From a virus (Duplodnaviria; Caudoviricetes), in IMG/VR virus record IMGVR_UViG_3300036783_000204, positions 1 to 64,000 of that record: a stretch of DNA of 64,000 nucleotides; one strand, given 5' to 3'. This document shows, one piece after another, positions 53,852-63,326 of the stretch (the first letter of the stretch is position 1; each line of letters opens with the position of its first letter). The position numbers and the translations under genes are program-made. Below the pieces are notes generated by a model. The model had not been told where the DNA came from and ran no database searches. It saw nothing but the letters and a program-made list of their open reading frames with translations.

Positions 53852-54207
53852 TGGGCGACGCCGAGATGAACCTACGGCGGTTGGACAACTTCCACGACGT
53901 GGTCCACTGCCTCCGCGAAGGCCGGTTCGTGCTGTTTCCGTGGGAGTGCGCGGACGAGATCCGGCTTGACCGCGACGATTGGGCCGACCTGTTCCAGCAC
54001 GGGTGCGCCGAATATGGCCTCATTGTCGAGGTCAAGCCGCTCCCCCGGAAGAGTGTCACGCTCGTCTATACCGTCTTCGCTCTGCCGCATTTCTCTGAGA
54101 TCGAGGCGGCCATCGCCGTCCTCGAAAAGCGGCGGCAGGAAGGACACGAGCCGCCCACCCCGGGGCGTAACGAGCAGGATTCGGCGCGTCGGCGCCACGA
54201 CGGATAG
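53851..54207 (+). CDS. Hypothetical protein
   Basis: TAGTG coupling. Confidence 0.55.
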   Translation: MGDAEMNLRRLDNFHDVVHCLREGRFVLFPWECADEIRLDRDDWADLFQHGCAEYGLIVEVKPLPRKSVTLVYTVFALPHFSEIEAAIAVLEKRRQEGHEPPTPGRNEQDSARRRHDG

Positions 54208-54448
54208 TCCGGCGGGTTGCCTGTCGTCTCTTAGGGGTGACGACAGGCGCTCCGCCTCGATGAGGGCGGGACATGATTTCGAACTTCACGGTCGGGGCGG
54301 ATGCCCGGCCCACTGGCGACCTCTTCGGTCGCCTGTTCACTCCGCTCGTCTGCGATGGCCCCCGACTTGCAGGCGAGCGGGCGGCACGCCCCAAGAGATC
54401 CCCGAGCCTCGCGGGGCGTGCCGCGTCCAGTGCACGTGGGGGTGCGAA

Positions 54449-54730
54449 GTGAGCGCGGAGTCAGTCAAGGTGCCCATCTGGTTGAGCACCAAGGGAACCC
54501 AGCTGGTTCGCCGACTCGAATATCTCGGCTTCGTCTTTAGGGTGGGCGATCCCCGGGCGGCGACGGACTTCAGCGGCGTCCTCGCCGTGAACGGCGAGAA
54601 GCTGATTGAGGTCTGGGTCTTCAGGGACATCGACCCATCCACTCTGAATCGGCCAGGACACGCCTTAGAGGTCGGCACGGTCGAGGGGATCTTGCAGAAG
54701 GCCGTCGAGTACGCGGAGGGCAGGCTGTGA
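54449..54730 (+). CDS. Hypothetical protein
   Basis: GTG; coupled to next gene. Confidence 0.5.
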   Translation: MSAESVKVPIWLSTKGTQLVRRLEYLGFVFRVGDPRAATDFSGVLAVNGEKLIEVWVFRDIDPSTLNRPGHALEVGTVEGILQKAVEYAEGRL

Positions 54731-55182
54731 ACGTTCTCGACGCACCGGCCGAGTGGGGCACGTGGAGGTACGCACCTGCCTACCCGCGCGGCCCCTGGGT
54801 GCTGCACTTCATCCGCACAGGCGCCTTGAATCACACTCTCGTGGAGGACGCCATCGTCGTCGAGGACCGCGACCGTGCTGCCTGCGGGAAGATGTGCCGG
54901 AAGGAGCCCGATGGATTCCGCCGCCTCGAAGACCGTTCTCCGGTGGCATGTCGTCGATGCGAGTTCTTCGTTCTGTGGAACCTCTGCCTCCGGCGCGCCA
55001 TTGCCGAGCTTCGAGGAGGTGGCGGCCCGCGTACGGTCATCAGTGCGCGACTCGGAGACGGCGGAGGCCGCGTTGCAGGCGCTGTACAAGGCGCTCCTGA
55101 ACCGGGTGCCCCAGATGGTCGGGATCACGCCGAGCGCGGCGATATTCATATTCGGCGAGCTGTGACGAGCACGCCCCCCTGA
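54727..55182 (+). CDS. Hypothetical protein
   Basis: GTGA overlap; ACG...CRRC; 3' extent uncertain. Confidence 0.45.
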   Translation: MNVLDAPAEWGTWRYAPAYPRGPWVLHFIRTGALNHTLVEDAIVVEDRDRAACGKMCRKEPDGFRRLEDRSPVACRRCEFFVLWNLCLRRAIAELRGGGGPRTVISARLGDGGGRVAGAVQGAPEPGAPDGRDHAERGDIHIRRAVTSTPP

Positions 55183-55425
55183 TTCGTGCACACAAGCGGG
55201 CACACTGGTGTGCACGAAACCGGCCCCTGTCACTGTCGCCTCACAACGCCCCCCTCGGCGGAGTGACAGGGGCCGGACCTTAGAACAGCGCCGTCGATCG
55301 AGTCATGGACAACTCTCGACGGCGCTTATGCCCGGCCGCGCCGTCGGCGCCTCAGATCCAGGGCGGCGCGGCCGGGGTTCTTTTCGATGCGAACCCAAGG
55401 AAAGTACCGAAGGGGAGAAGTTTCG

Positions 55426-56487
55426 ATGACGACAAGGACGAAGCACGGGCACCGCGCGGTAGCGATGCTTGTGGCAGCCTGCCTACTGCTGGCCGGTGGT
55501 TGCGGATTGATGAGAGGTCAGCAAAATAGCGCTGACGCGGAAGGCAAGACGCAGATAACGGTCGGCGCGATGCCGCTGGTCAACCTGGTTCCGCTGCAAT
55601 TAGCCATCGACCCGAAGTACCATTTCTTCGGCGACGAGGGGCTTTTCGTCACGCCGAAGACAATCAACAACGGCGGGGCTGGACTCGTCGAGCTACTCAA
55701 TGGCGAGGCCGATGTCACCTACGTGTCCGTCGTTACCGTGGCCAAGGCGCAAGCTAAAGCCCCCGAGAAGGACCCCGCGAAGCGGTACACGATCATTGCG
55801 CCCGCGTCCGCCAACGCGCGGTTGGCCATGGCGTTGGTCGCCAAGGAAAACGGCCCCATCAAGACGGTGCGGGATCTCAAAGGCAAACGCGTCGCGATCA
55901 ACCAGACTGGCGGGCTGGCTGACGCGATGACCCGGTCGGCGCTGAAGGACAACGGCGTCGCTGCGGGCGACGTGCACATGCCGCCGGTTGATTTCCCGAA
56001 CATGCCGGTGTATCTGGAGAACGACCAGGTTGACGCGGCACTTGTCGCCGAACCGTACGTCACTCTCGCCGCCCAGCAGGCCGGGGCAATCCCACTTGTC
56101 AACTTCCAGGACACCGAAGCGAAGGACTTGCCGCTGGACTGCTATGTCACGACAGAAAAGTACGCCGCCGAGCACCCCGCGGAGATCGGAGAGTTTCAAA
56201 GGGCGCTCCGCAATGCCGCCAATCTCGCGCACGACGATCACCAGGCAGCGGTCGATGAAGTACCGCACTTCATTAAAGACATCCCTGTGGGCCTGCCTCA
56301 GCTTCTGAACTTCCCCGCCTTCCCGCTGGCGGTCGACGAACGCAACTACCAGCGCGTCCCAGATTTGATGAAGAACTACGGACTTGCGGACGACTTCAAG
56401 ATAGGGCCGATGATCTACACGCCGCCGTCGCCTTCGCCGAGCCCTTCGCCGAGCGGATCGTCGGCGACACCTACGCCCACCAAGTAG
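55426..56487 (+). CDS. ABC substrate-binding lipoprotein (SsuA/NMT1/THI5-like), orphan
   Basis: LLAGGC lipobox; IKTVRDLKGKRVAIN; VDAALVAEPY; Pro/Ser tail. Confidence 0.9.
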   Translation: MTTRTKHGHRAVAMLVAACLLLAGGCGLMRGQQNSADAEGKTQITVGAMPLVNLVPLQLAIDPKYHFFGDEGLFVTPKTINNGGAGLVELLNGEADVTYVSVVTVAKAQAKAPEKDPAKRYTIIAPASANARLAMALVAKENGPIKTVRDLKGKRVAINQTGGLADAMTRSALKDNGVAAGDVHMPPVDFPNMPVYLENDQVDAALVAEPYVTLAAQQAGAIPLVNFQDTEAKDLPLDCYVTTEKYAAEHPAEIGEFQRALRNAANLAHDDHQAAVDEVPHFIKDIPVGLPQLLNFPAFPLAVDERNYQRVPDLMKNYGLADDFKIGPMIYTPPSPSPSPSPSGSSATPTPTK

Positions 56488-56527
56488 ACGCACACTCTGT
56501 TATTCAATTCTGAAGGGAATACGGCAA

Positions 56528-57013
56528 TTGGCAACCGAAGCATATTCTAAGATGCGGATCGTCGATCAGGACGACCTGCTGACTGCCCCCGGCCATTTCG
56601 ATGGGATGTCGATGGTCGCCCTGCGTCTGGATAAGGAGCATCCTCGCTGGGCGCACCTGCACGGGGTGCCCGTGTTCATTGTCGTCATTGAGGGCGTGTG
56701 CGGCACGTTAGCCGGACCGGAGATGCAGTGTTGGACGCATGCCGAGGGGTCCGTGATGCGGATCGCGGCAGGGGTCCCCCATGTCGGCGTAAGCCTGGAC
56801 CCGCGCGTTCCGGTGCTGGCGCTCAAATTCAGCACGAGTGACGACATCAAGCGTGACACAACTCGGCTCCCGGACTACGACGAGTTGGTCGAATCCCGGA
56901 CAGCTGACCTGCGTGCGCTCTACCGGGCTGGGAAGTTGGACGTAACGCGCCGGACGAGCGGCTTCGTGACCCTCACGCAGACGGTGGAGAGGGCAGTCCA
57001 TGGAAACCGCTGA
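56528..57013 (+). CDS. Cupin-like protein
   Basis: HLH...FIVVIEG...IAAGVPH. Confidence 0.6.
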   Translation: MATEAYSKMRIVDQDDLLTAPGHFDGMSMVALRLDKEHPRWAHLHGVPVFIVVIEGVCGTLAGPEMQCWTHAEGSVMRIAAGVPHVGVSLDPRVPVLALKFSTSDDIKRDTTRLPDYDELVESRTADLRALYRAGKLDVTRRTSGFVTLTQTVERAVHGNR

Positions 57014-57449
57014 CCGAAGATCCGGCAAGGACTCGTTGTCGGAAACCGCGTACCGCCAGCTGCTTTCTTCGATGGTGACGAGCTACGGCCTGTCGCCGCA
57101 GGCGGCGGACACCTTCGCGGACCAGGCGCTCGCGGCGGTGGCGACGATCGCCGTGACCGGCGGCCAGCTGCGGCTGAGCGAGCCGGTGGACCAGGGGGTG
57201 CGGCTCCTGATGGCTGATCCGATACGCCTGGCCCATGTGACGCAGAAGCATCGGGCGCGGGTGCGGCGAGAGGTGACGACGGAGCCCGGGAAGCCGGGGG
57301 ACATCGAGGCGACGGCAGCCGCTCTTGCCGATGTCGGCTTCACGGTGCGCGACGAGGCATGGAAGGACCAGCCTCCGGCCGCGGCGGTTCTGACGTGCGG
57401 ACGGGTGCTCCCTCAGCCCGTCCCCGCGCAGCCTCTCGGGGCGGCGTAG
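57000..57449 (+). CDS. Hypothetical protein
   Basis: Overlaps cupin stop; DQALAAVAT...SEPVDQG. Confidence 0.55.
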   Translation: METADRRSGKDSLSETAYRQLLSSMVTSYGLSPQAADTFADQALAAVATIAVTGGQLRLSEPVDQGVRLLMADPIRLAHVTQKHRARVRREVTTEPGKPGDIEATAAALADVGFTVRDEAWKDQPPAAAVLTCGRVLPQPVPAQPLGAA

Positions 57450-58053
57450 TGCTGAGGCGCCGCCGAGGTGGCGACCGTCGGCGTGTCCTGCGTCGGGTCG
57501 CCGCCGGGGTGGTCATCACTGCGGCGATCTTGCTTGTCCCCGTAGCGTGCAAGATCACCCGCTGGGAAGTAGTGGGAGTAACGAAGGCGCACTGAGAACA
57601 AGGCCCAGGAGCCCTGCCCGGCGCGGGGTCAGGGCTCCTGGGTGCCCGCGAGCGGGTTCTGCGGGTACAGCCGCGTGTGGGTCTCGTACTTCGGGTGGTG
57701 TCCGGCTGGGTAGAGCCACGCTTCGCCGCCTCGCCCTTCGTCCTCGCAGTCGCGGCAGATCCACGCGTAGTGCCCGATGTTGCCCGTACTGGCCGGGCAG
57801 GAGCAGTGGACGAACTCGACCTGCATTCGACCACCGATGAGTACATGGTGGTACGCGCACATGCCGGGGTCGCGGGTGTCGGTGCGGACCTCCGGCGCGA
57901 AGTGGAACGTCACGTGATGAGTAGAACACACGTTCGGGAGGGTGTGTAGATGAAGAAGCCACATCGCCGCACATGGTGGCCGATAGGGCACGCCGGAGCC
58001 ATGCTGGCGGGCATCCTCGTGATGCTCGTGGTGGCCGCCGTCAGGGGGGCCCG

Positions 58054-58389
58054 GTGACCGTGCCAGCACCCCGGGGCGACCGAGTCAGCTACCGGGACTA
58101 CGTACGTCCGTACCGCGCCGGACGGTCCCTGTCCGACATCGCACGGGCCCGTGGGGTCGACGTCGCCAATGTGCTCATGGTCCTCGCCGTCGAGCGGCAG
58201 CGACTCAGGCGGGGAGCGTTGGAGGAGCTGCCCCAAGACGAGCTGGTTGCTCTCGCGCGCCTGGTAGCCGCCGAGTTCACCTGCGTCCCGCAGGCCGACC
58301 TGGTGACCGGGAGGTACGGCATCACGAAGGGGCAGCTCCAGTCCTTCATCAAGACCGCGAAGGACACGGCGCGGAAGGGGAAGATGTGA
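58054..58389 (+). CDS. HTH protein
   Basis: YRAGRSLSDIARARGVDVANV. Confidence 0.7.
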   Translation: MTVPAPRGDRVSYRDYVRPYRAGRSLSDIARARGVDVANVLMVLAVERQRLRRGALEELPQDELVALARLVAAEFTCVPQADLVTGRYGITKGQLQSFIKTAKDTARKGKM

Positions 58390-59183
58390 GTTCGGCTCAC
58401 AGCTCACAGCGCCTGCCACCTGAGGTTCTGGCGCAGTGGATCACTGATCGCAAGAAGGGCCTGACCTACGCGGAAATCGGGAAGAAGCACGGGCGGTCCG
58501 CTTCGACGGTGTACAGACACCTCCGCATACACGGGGGGAAGAAGCGCACCAGGAGGTACTCGCCGCCTCCGTCTGGCGGGTTGATCACGGCGATGGTGAA
58601 GGCATACAACGGCGGGCTGACCTACCGTGAGACCGCGGAGAAGTCCAACGTGTCGTACGGCAAAGCACACCGGTACATCTCCGCCGACCCCCGGGCGAAG
58701 GTCCGAACGTGGGGCGGCGGCGCCGGTGCCGACAGGGCCGTCAGCACGCTTAGTGAGCGACGCCAACGACAGCCCAGAAAGGTCCGGCGACCCGAGGGCG
58801 GCAGGCCACTGTCATCTGACGAGGTGGCGCAAATGATTAAGGACCGCAACGAGAAGGGTATGACGTACGCGGCGCTCGGGGAGAAGTACGGCGTAAGCGG
58901 GCAAACGGCCCACAATCACGTGGGGCCGCACAGCGCGACGCCCGCGAGGAAGCGAGCACCATCCCCGTCCCCTGGAAAGGTTGCGGCGATGGTGGATGCA
59001 TACAACGGGGGCCTGACTTTCCGCGAGACCGGGAAGAAGTTCCGCGTGTCGACGGAAACGGCCCGCAGGCACATCTCAGCGGACCCGCGGGCGAAAGTGC
59101 GGGCATGGGGCGGCCCTCCAGCGGCCGCCTCCGATGACGAGCGCTCGGGGGCGGCAGCCACTACCCTCCCAGTCAAGGTTTAG
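58386..59183 (+). CDS. Four-HTH protein built from an internal duplication
   Basis: Two copies of [GxTY..IG.K.G.S]+[YNGGLT.RET...V...A.R.ISADPRAKVRxWGG]. Confidence 0.85.
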   Translation: MSSAHSSQRLPPEVLAQWITDRKKGLTYAEIGKKHGRSASTVYRHLRIHGGKKRTRRYSPPPSGGLITAMVKAYNGGLTYRETAEKSNVSYGKAHRYISADPRAKVRTWGGGAGADRAVSTLSERRQRQPRKVRRPEGGRPLSSDEVAQMIKDRNEKGMTYAALGEKYGVSGQTAHNHVGPHSATPARKRAPSPSPGKVAAMVDAYNGGLTFRETGKKFRVSTETARRHISADPRAKVRAWGGPPAAASDDERSGAAATTLPVKV

Positions 59184-59208
59184 GACGTACGGAGGACGGG
59201 AGGACGGC

Positions 59209-59556
59209 ATGCCGCCGTTCGGTGGTGAAGTTGGTGGCGCAGTGACCACTGTCGACGATGAGGTGCTGAAGTCTCTGTACGCGCAGAAGATCGGGTCGTC
59301 CACGATCGCGAAGAAGACCGGGCTCAAGCCCTACCAGGTAGTGGCACGTTTGCGGGCGATGGACGTGCAGATCCGCCCCAGGGCGTCGCCTCGCCCTCAC
59401 TTGAGGCTCCAGACACCGCCTGGCCTGGTCGACGACTACGTGGACAAAGGGTTAAGTGTCCGACTTGCAGGCGAGAAGCACGGCATCTCGACCGGAGCGG
59501 CGTACCGGATGCTCGATGAGGCGGGGGTTCTCCGTCGTCGTCGTCGGCGGCGCTGA
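59209..59556 (+). CDS. Two-HTH protein
   Basis: SSTIAKKTG; GLSVRLAGEKHGISTGAAYRML. Confidence 0.75.
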   Translation: MPPFGGEVGGAVTTVDDEVLKSLYAQKIGSSTIAKKTGLKPYQVVARLRAMDVQIRPRASPRPHLRLQTPPGLVDDYVDKGLSVRLAGEKHGISTGAAYRMLDEAGVLRRRRRRR

Positions 59557-59563
59557 CGCAAAG

Positions 59564-59620
59564 AAAGCCCCCCACCGCTCTACCCGAGGACGACATTCCC
59601 GGGGAGCGATGGGGGGCTTT
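59564..59620. terminator. Long hairpin
   Basis: aaagcccccca/tggggggcttt. Confidence 0.65.
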
Positions 59621-59671
59621 GTGGTGGATCAGCTGGCACACTCAGCCGACCCAGTTCTGGAGGATTGCTAG

Positions 59672-60076
59672 GTGAATCCCTTGCCGCGCACGGTCACCTC
59701 CGAAGCAGTTGACGGGTCGCGAAATCTGCGAGAACTAACGGGAGCACTCATTGATGGACGCTTCGGAGCGCACCGACCGCAATTGTCGGATGGCGCGGGC
59801 GTGGGGTTACGGCGAAACCAAGCGGAGATCGCCGAGACGTTCGGCCTGTCGCTGAGCTGGACTGGTGAAGTGCTCCGTAGCTACGTCGATGACATGCCTG
59901 TCACGGGACGCGGCTACACGTGCGACATCGACAAAGCCGTGGTACAGCGCCAGTACGAGCAGGGCGGCACCATTCGGGAAATCGCGGATGCGCACGATGT
60001 GTCCTACGGCACGATCCGACGCCTACTGAAGCGGGCGGGAGTTCCTATGCGGCCGAGAGGCGTACGTCCTCGCTAG
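59672..60076 (+). CDS. Two-HTH protein
   Basis: QAEIAETFGLS; YEQGGTIREIADAHDVSYGTIRRLLKRAGVPMRPRG. Confidence 0.8.
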   Translation: MNPLPRTVTSEAVDGSRNLRELTGALIDGRFGAHRPQLSDGAGVGLRRNQAEIAETFGLSLSWTGEVLRSYVDDMPVTGRGYTCDIDKAVVQRQYEQGGTIREIADAHDVSYGTIRRLLKRAGVPMRPRGVRPR

Positions 60077-60420
60077 GCGTCGAGGCCGAAGGCGGCGTCG
60101 CGGGCGCGGCGAAGCTGGCGGATCATGCGGTTGATGCCGTCGCGGTCGAGCATGACGGCGAAGCCGGTGCACTGTGCAGGCGGGTATCCAGTGTCGCCTC
60201 CCGGCGGCTTGGTGCTGTCATCGCACCGGTCGTCGGCCTCGCTTGCCGGGGAACCGGGGAACATGGCGATACTGTTGGGGTCCTCGCTCATGACCTGGAC
60301 GTAGCCCATCTCGGCTTCGTCGGCGTGGGGGTCGTGGTTCGCCGAGCGCCAGATGACCTGGACGCGACCGAATCCGAAGGCGCTGTCGATGTTTTCGTGG
60401 GGCATGCTTTTCTCCATCAC
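60073..60420 (-). CDS. Hypothetical protein
   Basis: LDRDGINRMIRQLRRARDAAFGLDA. Confidence 0.7.
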   Translation of the reverse strand: MMEKSMPHENIDSAFGFGRVQVIWRSANHDPHADEAEMGYVQVMSEDPNSIAMFPGSPASEADDRCDDSTKPPGGDTGYPPAQCTGFAVMLDRDGINRMIRQLRRARDAAFGLDA

Positions 60421-60471
60421 GGAGGCCCATCGCGGGCAAGCGTGGCCGATTGAACCCTCGGCCCGGGGTGG

Positions 60472-60789
60472 CTACAGGGAGGCGGGCTCGGGGGTCGGCC
60501 AGGTGAAGTGACGTTCTCCTTCGCCGACGTTGACCGACGTGACCCAGAGGGTGTCCAGGAGAACCTGTCCGTTGACGGCGCCTCCGGGGGTGTCCATCCA
60601 GACGCGCACGATCACCATCGGGTACACGTCACCGGCGGCGGCGGTGTTCCCGGCGTGAAGCTGGGCGCCGACGGGGTTCTGCTCGCTGGCGAGGGACGCG
60701 GCGGCGTCACGGCGGCGACGGTTGATCTGCTCTGCGTCCTGTTCGGACAGTGTGTAGAGCACGATGCTGCCGGGGGTGGGGATGGTCAA
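60472..60789 (-). CDS. Phage hypothetical protein (paralog of 62133-62402)
   Basis: PTPGSIVLYTLSEQDAEQINRRR...YPMVIVRVW...VNGQVLLD. Confidence 0.75.
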   Translation of the reverse strand: MTIPTPGSIVLYTLSEQDAEQINRRRRDAAASLASEQNPVGAQLHAGNTAAAGDVYPMVIVRVWMDTPGGAVNGQVLLDTLWVTSVNVGEGERHFTWPTPEPASL

Positions 60790-61118
60790 GGGATGGCTCC
60801 TAGTGGCGGGGAGTTCGGAATTCGGTAAATGCCAGCGGCACCGACGGCCGCGGCGAGTACCTGGAACCACAGCACCGGATTGTGCGGGTCGGCGATCAGG
60901 ACGACGGCGGCCTGGAGGACGGCCATGATCACGGCGAGGACGGCCTTCGTCGCACGCGCGATGAGGGTGTTCGGCGCCGCGTAGACCTGTGCGGCGGTCG
61001 CGGCGCTGATGGCCACGTTGATCAGCTCGGCGCCGGTGATGTGGCCATCGGCGAGGACGGGGATCAGGGCGGTGGCGATCGCGGCGAGGATGGCGGCGAG
61101 CGCCTTGACGTAGCGCAT
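60786..61118 (-). CDS. Holin-like membrane protein
   Basis: Several TM segments, basic N-terminus, near endolysin. Confidence 0.75.
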   Translation of the reverse strand: MRYVKALAAILAAIATALIPVLADGHITGAELINVAISAATAAQVYAAPNTLIARATKAVLAVIMAVLQAAVVLIADPHNPVLWFQVLAAAVGAAGIYRIPNSPPLGAIP

Positions 61119-61151
61119 GGTTGACTCCTCGAACGCGGGAAAGGGGAATCC

Positions 61152-61700
61152 ATGGAGCAGCCACGAACGATCGTGCGCGACCTGGTGGCCGGAGTTGTGG
61201 CATGCGACCTACGGGAGGACATCGACCAGGTGGCGATGCTCAGGTGGATCGACTCCGGGGCACCGCTGTGGCGCACCGCGAAACCGGCGATGCCGAAGCT
61301 CCATCTGTGCGTCTACTTCGTGGTCTTCGATCCCCGCCGCCGCACCGTGCTCCTCATCGACCACGTGCTGTCGGGCCTGCGGCTGCCCCCTGGCGGGCAT
61401 GTCGACTACGCCGAGGACCCTCGGAAGACGGTGGTCAGGGAGGCGGAGGAGGAGCTGGGCATCGACGCCCGGTTCCTGTTCGAGGAGCCCCTGTTCGTCA
61501 CCGTCACGCAGGCGGTGGACCACAGTCACGAGGACGCGACGTTGTGGTTCGTCCTCACTGGCGACCAAGACATGCGGGTTGTCGCCGACCCTGGGGAGAT
61601 CTCTGCGGTCCACTGGGTACCGCTTGACGACGACTGTGGCCCCGGGTGCGATCCGCGCCTGGACCAGTTCCGACGCAAGCTGATCGCCCGGTTGAGCTAG
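61152..61700 (+). CDS. NUDIX hydrolase
   Basis: HLCVYFVV...LPPGGHVDYAEDP...VREAEEELG. Confidence 0.92.
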   Translation: MEQPRTIVRDLVAGVVACDLREDIDQVAMLRWIDSGAPLWRTAKPAMPKLHLCVYFVVFDPRRRTVLLIDHVLSGLRLPPGGHVDYAEDPRKTVVREAEEELGIDARFLFEEPLFVTVTQAVDHSHEDATLWFVLTGDQDMRVVADPGEISAVHWVPLDDDCGPGCDPRLDQFRRKLIARLS

Positions 61701-61906
61701 TCCAGGAAGACGGCCTTCGTCTTGCCGTCGTGGCCGTGGATGGCGATGGCGTCATCGAGGGTCTGCCACACGGCGATGCTGGAGCGGGGGCCGCGCCAGC
61801 ACACGCATACCTGCCCTGTGGGCCACAGGACGCCGTCAGCGACGGTCCCGGTACCAGAGACGCCGGAGACGTCTTCCGTGCGCTCCAGAACGAACAGGCG
61901 GGTCAT
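61697..61906 (-). CDS. Phage hypothetical protein
   Basis: LERTEDVSGVSGTGTVADG...IHGHDGKT. Confidence 0.8.
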   Translation of the reverse strand: MTRLFVLERTEDVSGVSGTGTVADGVLWPTGQVCVCWRGPRSSIAVWQTLDDAIAIHGHDGKTKAVFLD

Positions 61907-62127
61907 TCGGAGGCCTCGGGGATGAAGCGCAGCTCGTAGGCCTGGCCGACCTGGAAGTCGTCGGCCACGTCGCCCTTGAGACACATCGAGAGGGAGAGGG
62001 CCGGGGTAGCCGCCGCCCAGCTGGAGTTGCGGCCTTCGGCGTAGTCCGGCGCGAAGCGAACCTGGGCCTGGCCGTCGCCAAGTTCTTCCTTGTTGGTGCA
62101 TGTGATCTTCGCTGTGATCTCGGTCAT
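61903..62127 (-). CDS. Phage hypothetical protein
   Basis: FAPDY...NSSWAAATP. Confidence 0.75.
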   Translation of the reverse strand: MTEITAKITCTNKEELGDGQAQVRFAPDYAEGRNSSWAAATPALSLSMCLKGDVADDFQVGQAYELRFIPEASE

Positions 62128-62132
62128 CGTGC

Positions 62133-62402
62133 TTACCAGCTCCAGGTGTTCGGGCCGATGCCCCGCTTCACGAGCGAGACGAGGTGGGTGTCATGACCGA
62201 GTACGACCTTGCCGTCGACGAGATGCGGGGCATCCGGCGTGGAGCCCCAGATGCGGGTGATCTCCATCGGATATGTCTCGCCGCGGTACACCTCGGGACT
62301 CTTCTTGTCGACACTGCGTCGCTGACGGTTGATGATCTGTGCGTCCTGAATGGACAACGTGTAGGCGACGGTGCTGCCGATGCGGGGTTCCAATGCCGTC
62401 AC
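62133..62402 (-). CDS. Phage hypothetical protein (paralog of 60472-60789)
   Basis: PRIGSTVAYTLSIQDAQIINRQR...YPMEITRIW. Confidence 0.7.
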   Translation of the reverse strand: MTALEPRIGSTVAYTLSIQDAQIINRQRRSVDKKSPEVYRGETYPMEITRIWGSTPDAPHLVDGKVVLGHDTHLVSLVKRGIGPNTWSW

Positions 62403-63325
62403 CGGAAGCTCAGCGAGCCGGAGCGTTCGGGGTGTCCGGCGGCGTAGGACCAGATGATGGACCCCTGGGTGGCGCCTGCTACGACGTCGATCCGCCAGGG
62501 CCGGAGCCGGTCGACACGGAAGTCGGCCTCATGGCTCCACTTGTAGTCGAAGTTCGTCCCCGCAGGAAGTGCGTCACCGGCCTGCCAGATGCCGTGCACG
62601 ATGAGGGACTCGATGGGGCAGTTGATACGGATCTTCGTGGCACCGCTGGGGATGTCGAAGGAGGCGCTCCGGTGGTCGCCCGCGGGTAGTTGCATGGTCG
62701 TCTCCTCGTCGTGGCGCAGTGGCGTAGTTGTGGCCGCCAGGCGCAGGGCCGGAAGGTTGTCGGTGTGGTCTAGGTCGACATGACCCGTGACGCCGGGGAT
62801 CTGGCCGAAGCTCGTGTACTGGTGAAGATCGACCTGGCCGGTGTAGTGCCGGATGTCCTGGCGCGTACCGGTGTTGGTGCCGTATTCGGCGGCCCAGATG
62901 CGCAGCCAGCGGTAGCCCCAGTTCTCTGGCTTCAGCGTGGCGAGCCAGCTGGTGGAGGCGTAGAGCACCACGACCGGGAAGTTCCGGTGCACCCGTTGCA
63001 GGAAGGTGTTGGCGAACCAGGGGCGAGCAGCGTCGGGAATGCCGCCGGATTCGAGGTCCAGGGCGGGCGCAAGTTCTCCCCCGAGACGCTGGCAGGCGCC
63101 GACGAACACTTCGGCTTGCAGTGCCGGGTCGCCGGGTTCGGCGAAGTGGTATCCGCCCCAGAGAATTCCGTGGGCGCGACAGTTGGCGACGTAGGCGTCC
63201 GCGGGCGTGCGAGCCCCGCCGCCGCCGTCGGAGTACTTCAGGTAGGCACCATCCACGGCCTTCGCCAGGGCCGCCCAGTCTGTGACTGTGTTGTATTGAC
63301 CGTACAAATCAACGAGCAGCGCCAT
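62399..63325 (-). CDS. Endolysin, GH25 muramidase
   Basis: VDLYGQY; WGGYHFA; PALDLE; WAAEY; LHQYTS.G.IPGV.G.VDLD. Confidence 0.92.
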   Translation of the reverse strand: MALLVDLYGQYNTVTDWAALAKAVDGAYLKYSDGGGGARTPADAYVANCRAHGILWGGYHFAEPGDPALQAEVFVGACQRLGGELAPALDLESGGIPDAARPWFANTFLQRVHRNFPVVVLYASTSWLATLKPENWGYRWLRIWAAEYGTNTGTRQDIRHYTGQVDLHQYTSFGQIPGVTGHVDLDHTDNLPALRLAATTTPLRHDEETTMQLPAGDHRSASFDIPSGATKIRINCPIESLIVHGIWQAGDALPAGTNFDYKWSHEADFRVDRLRPWRIDVVAGATQGSIIWSYAAGHPERSGSLSFR

Positions 63326-63326
63326 G

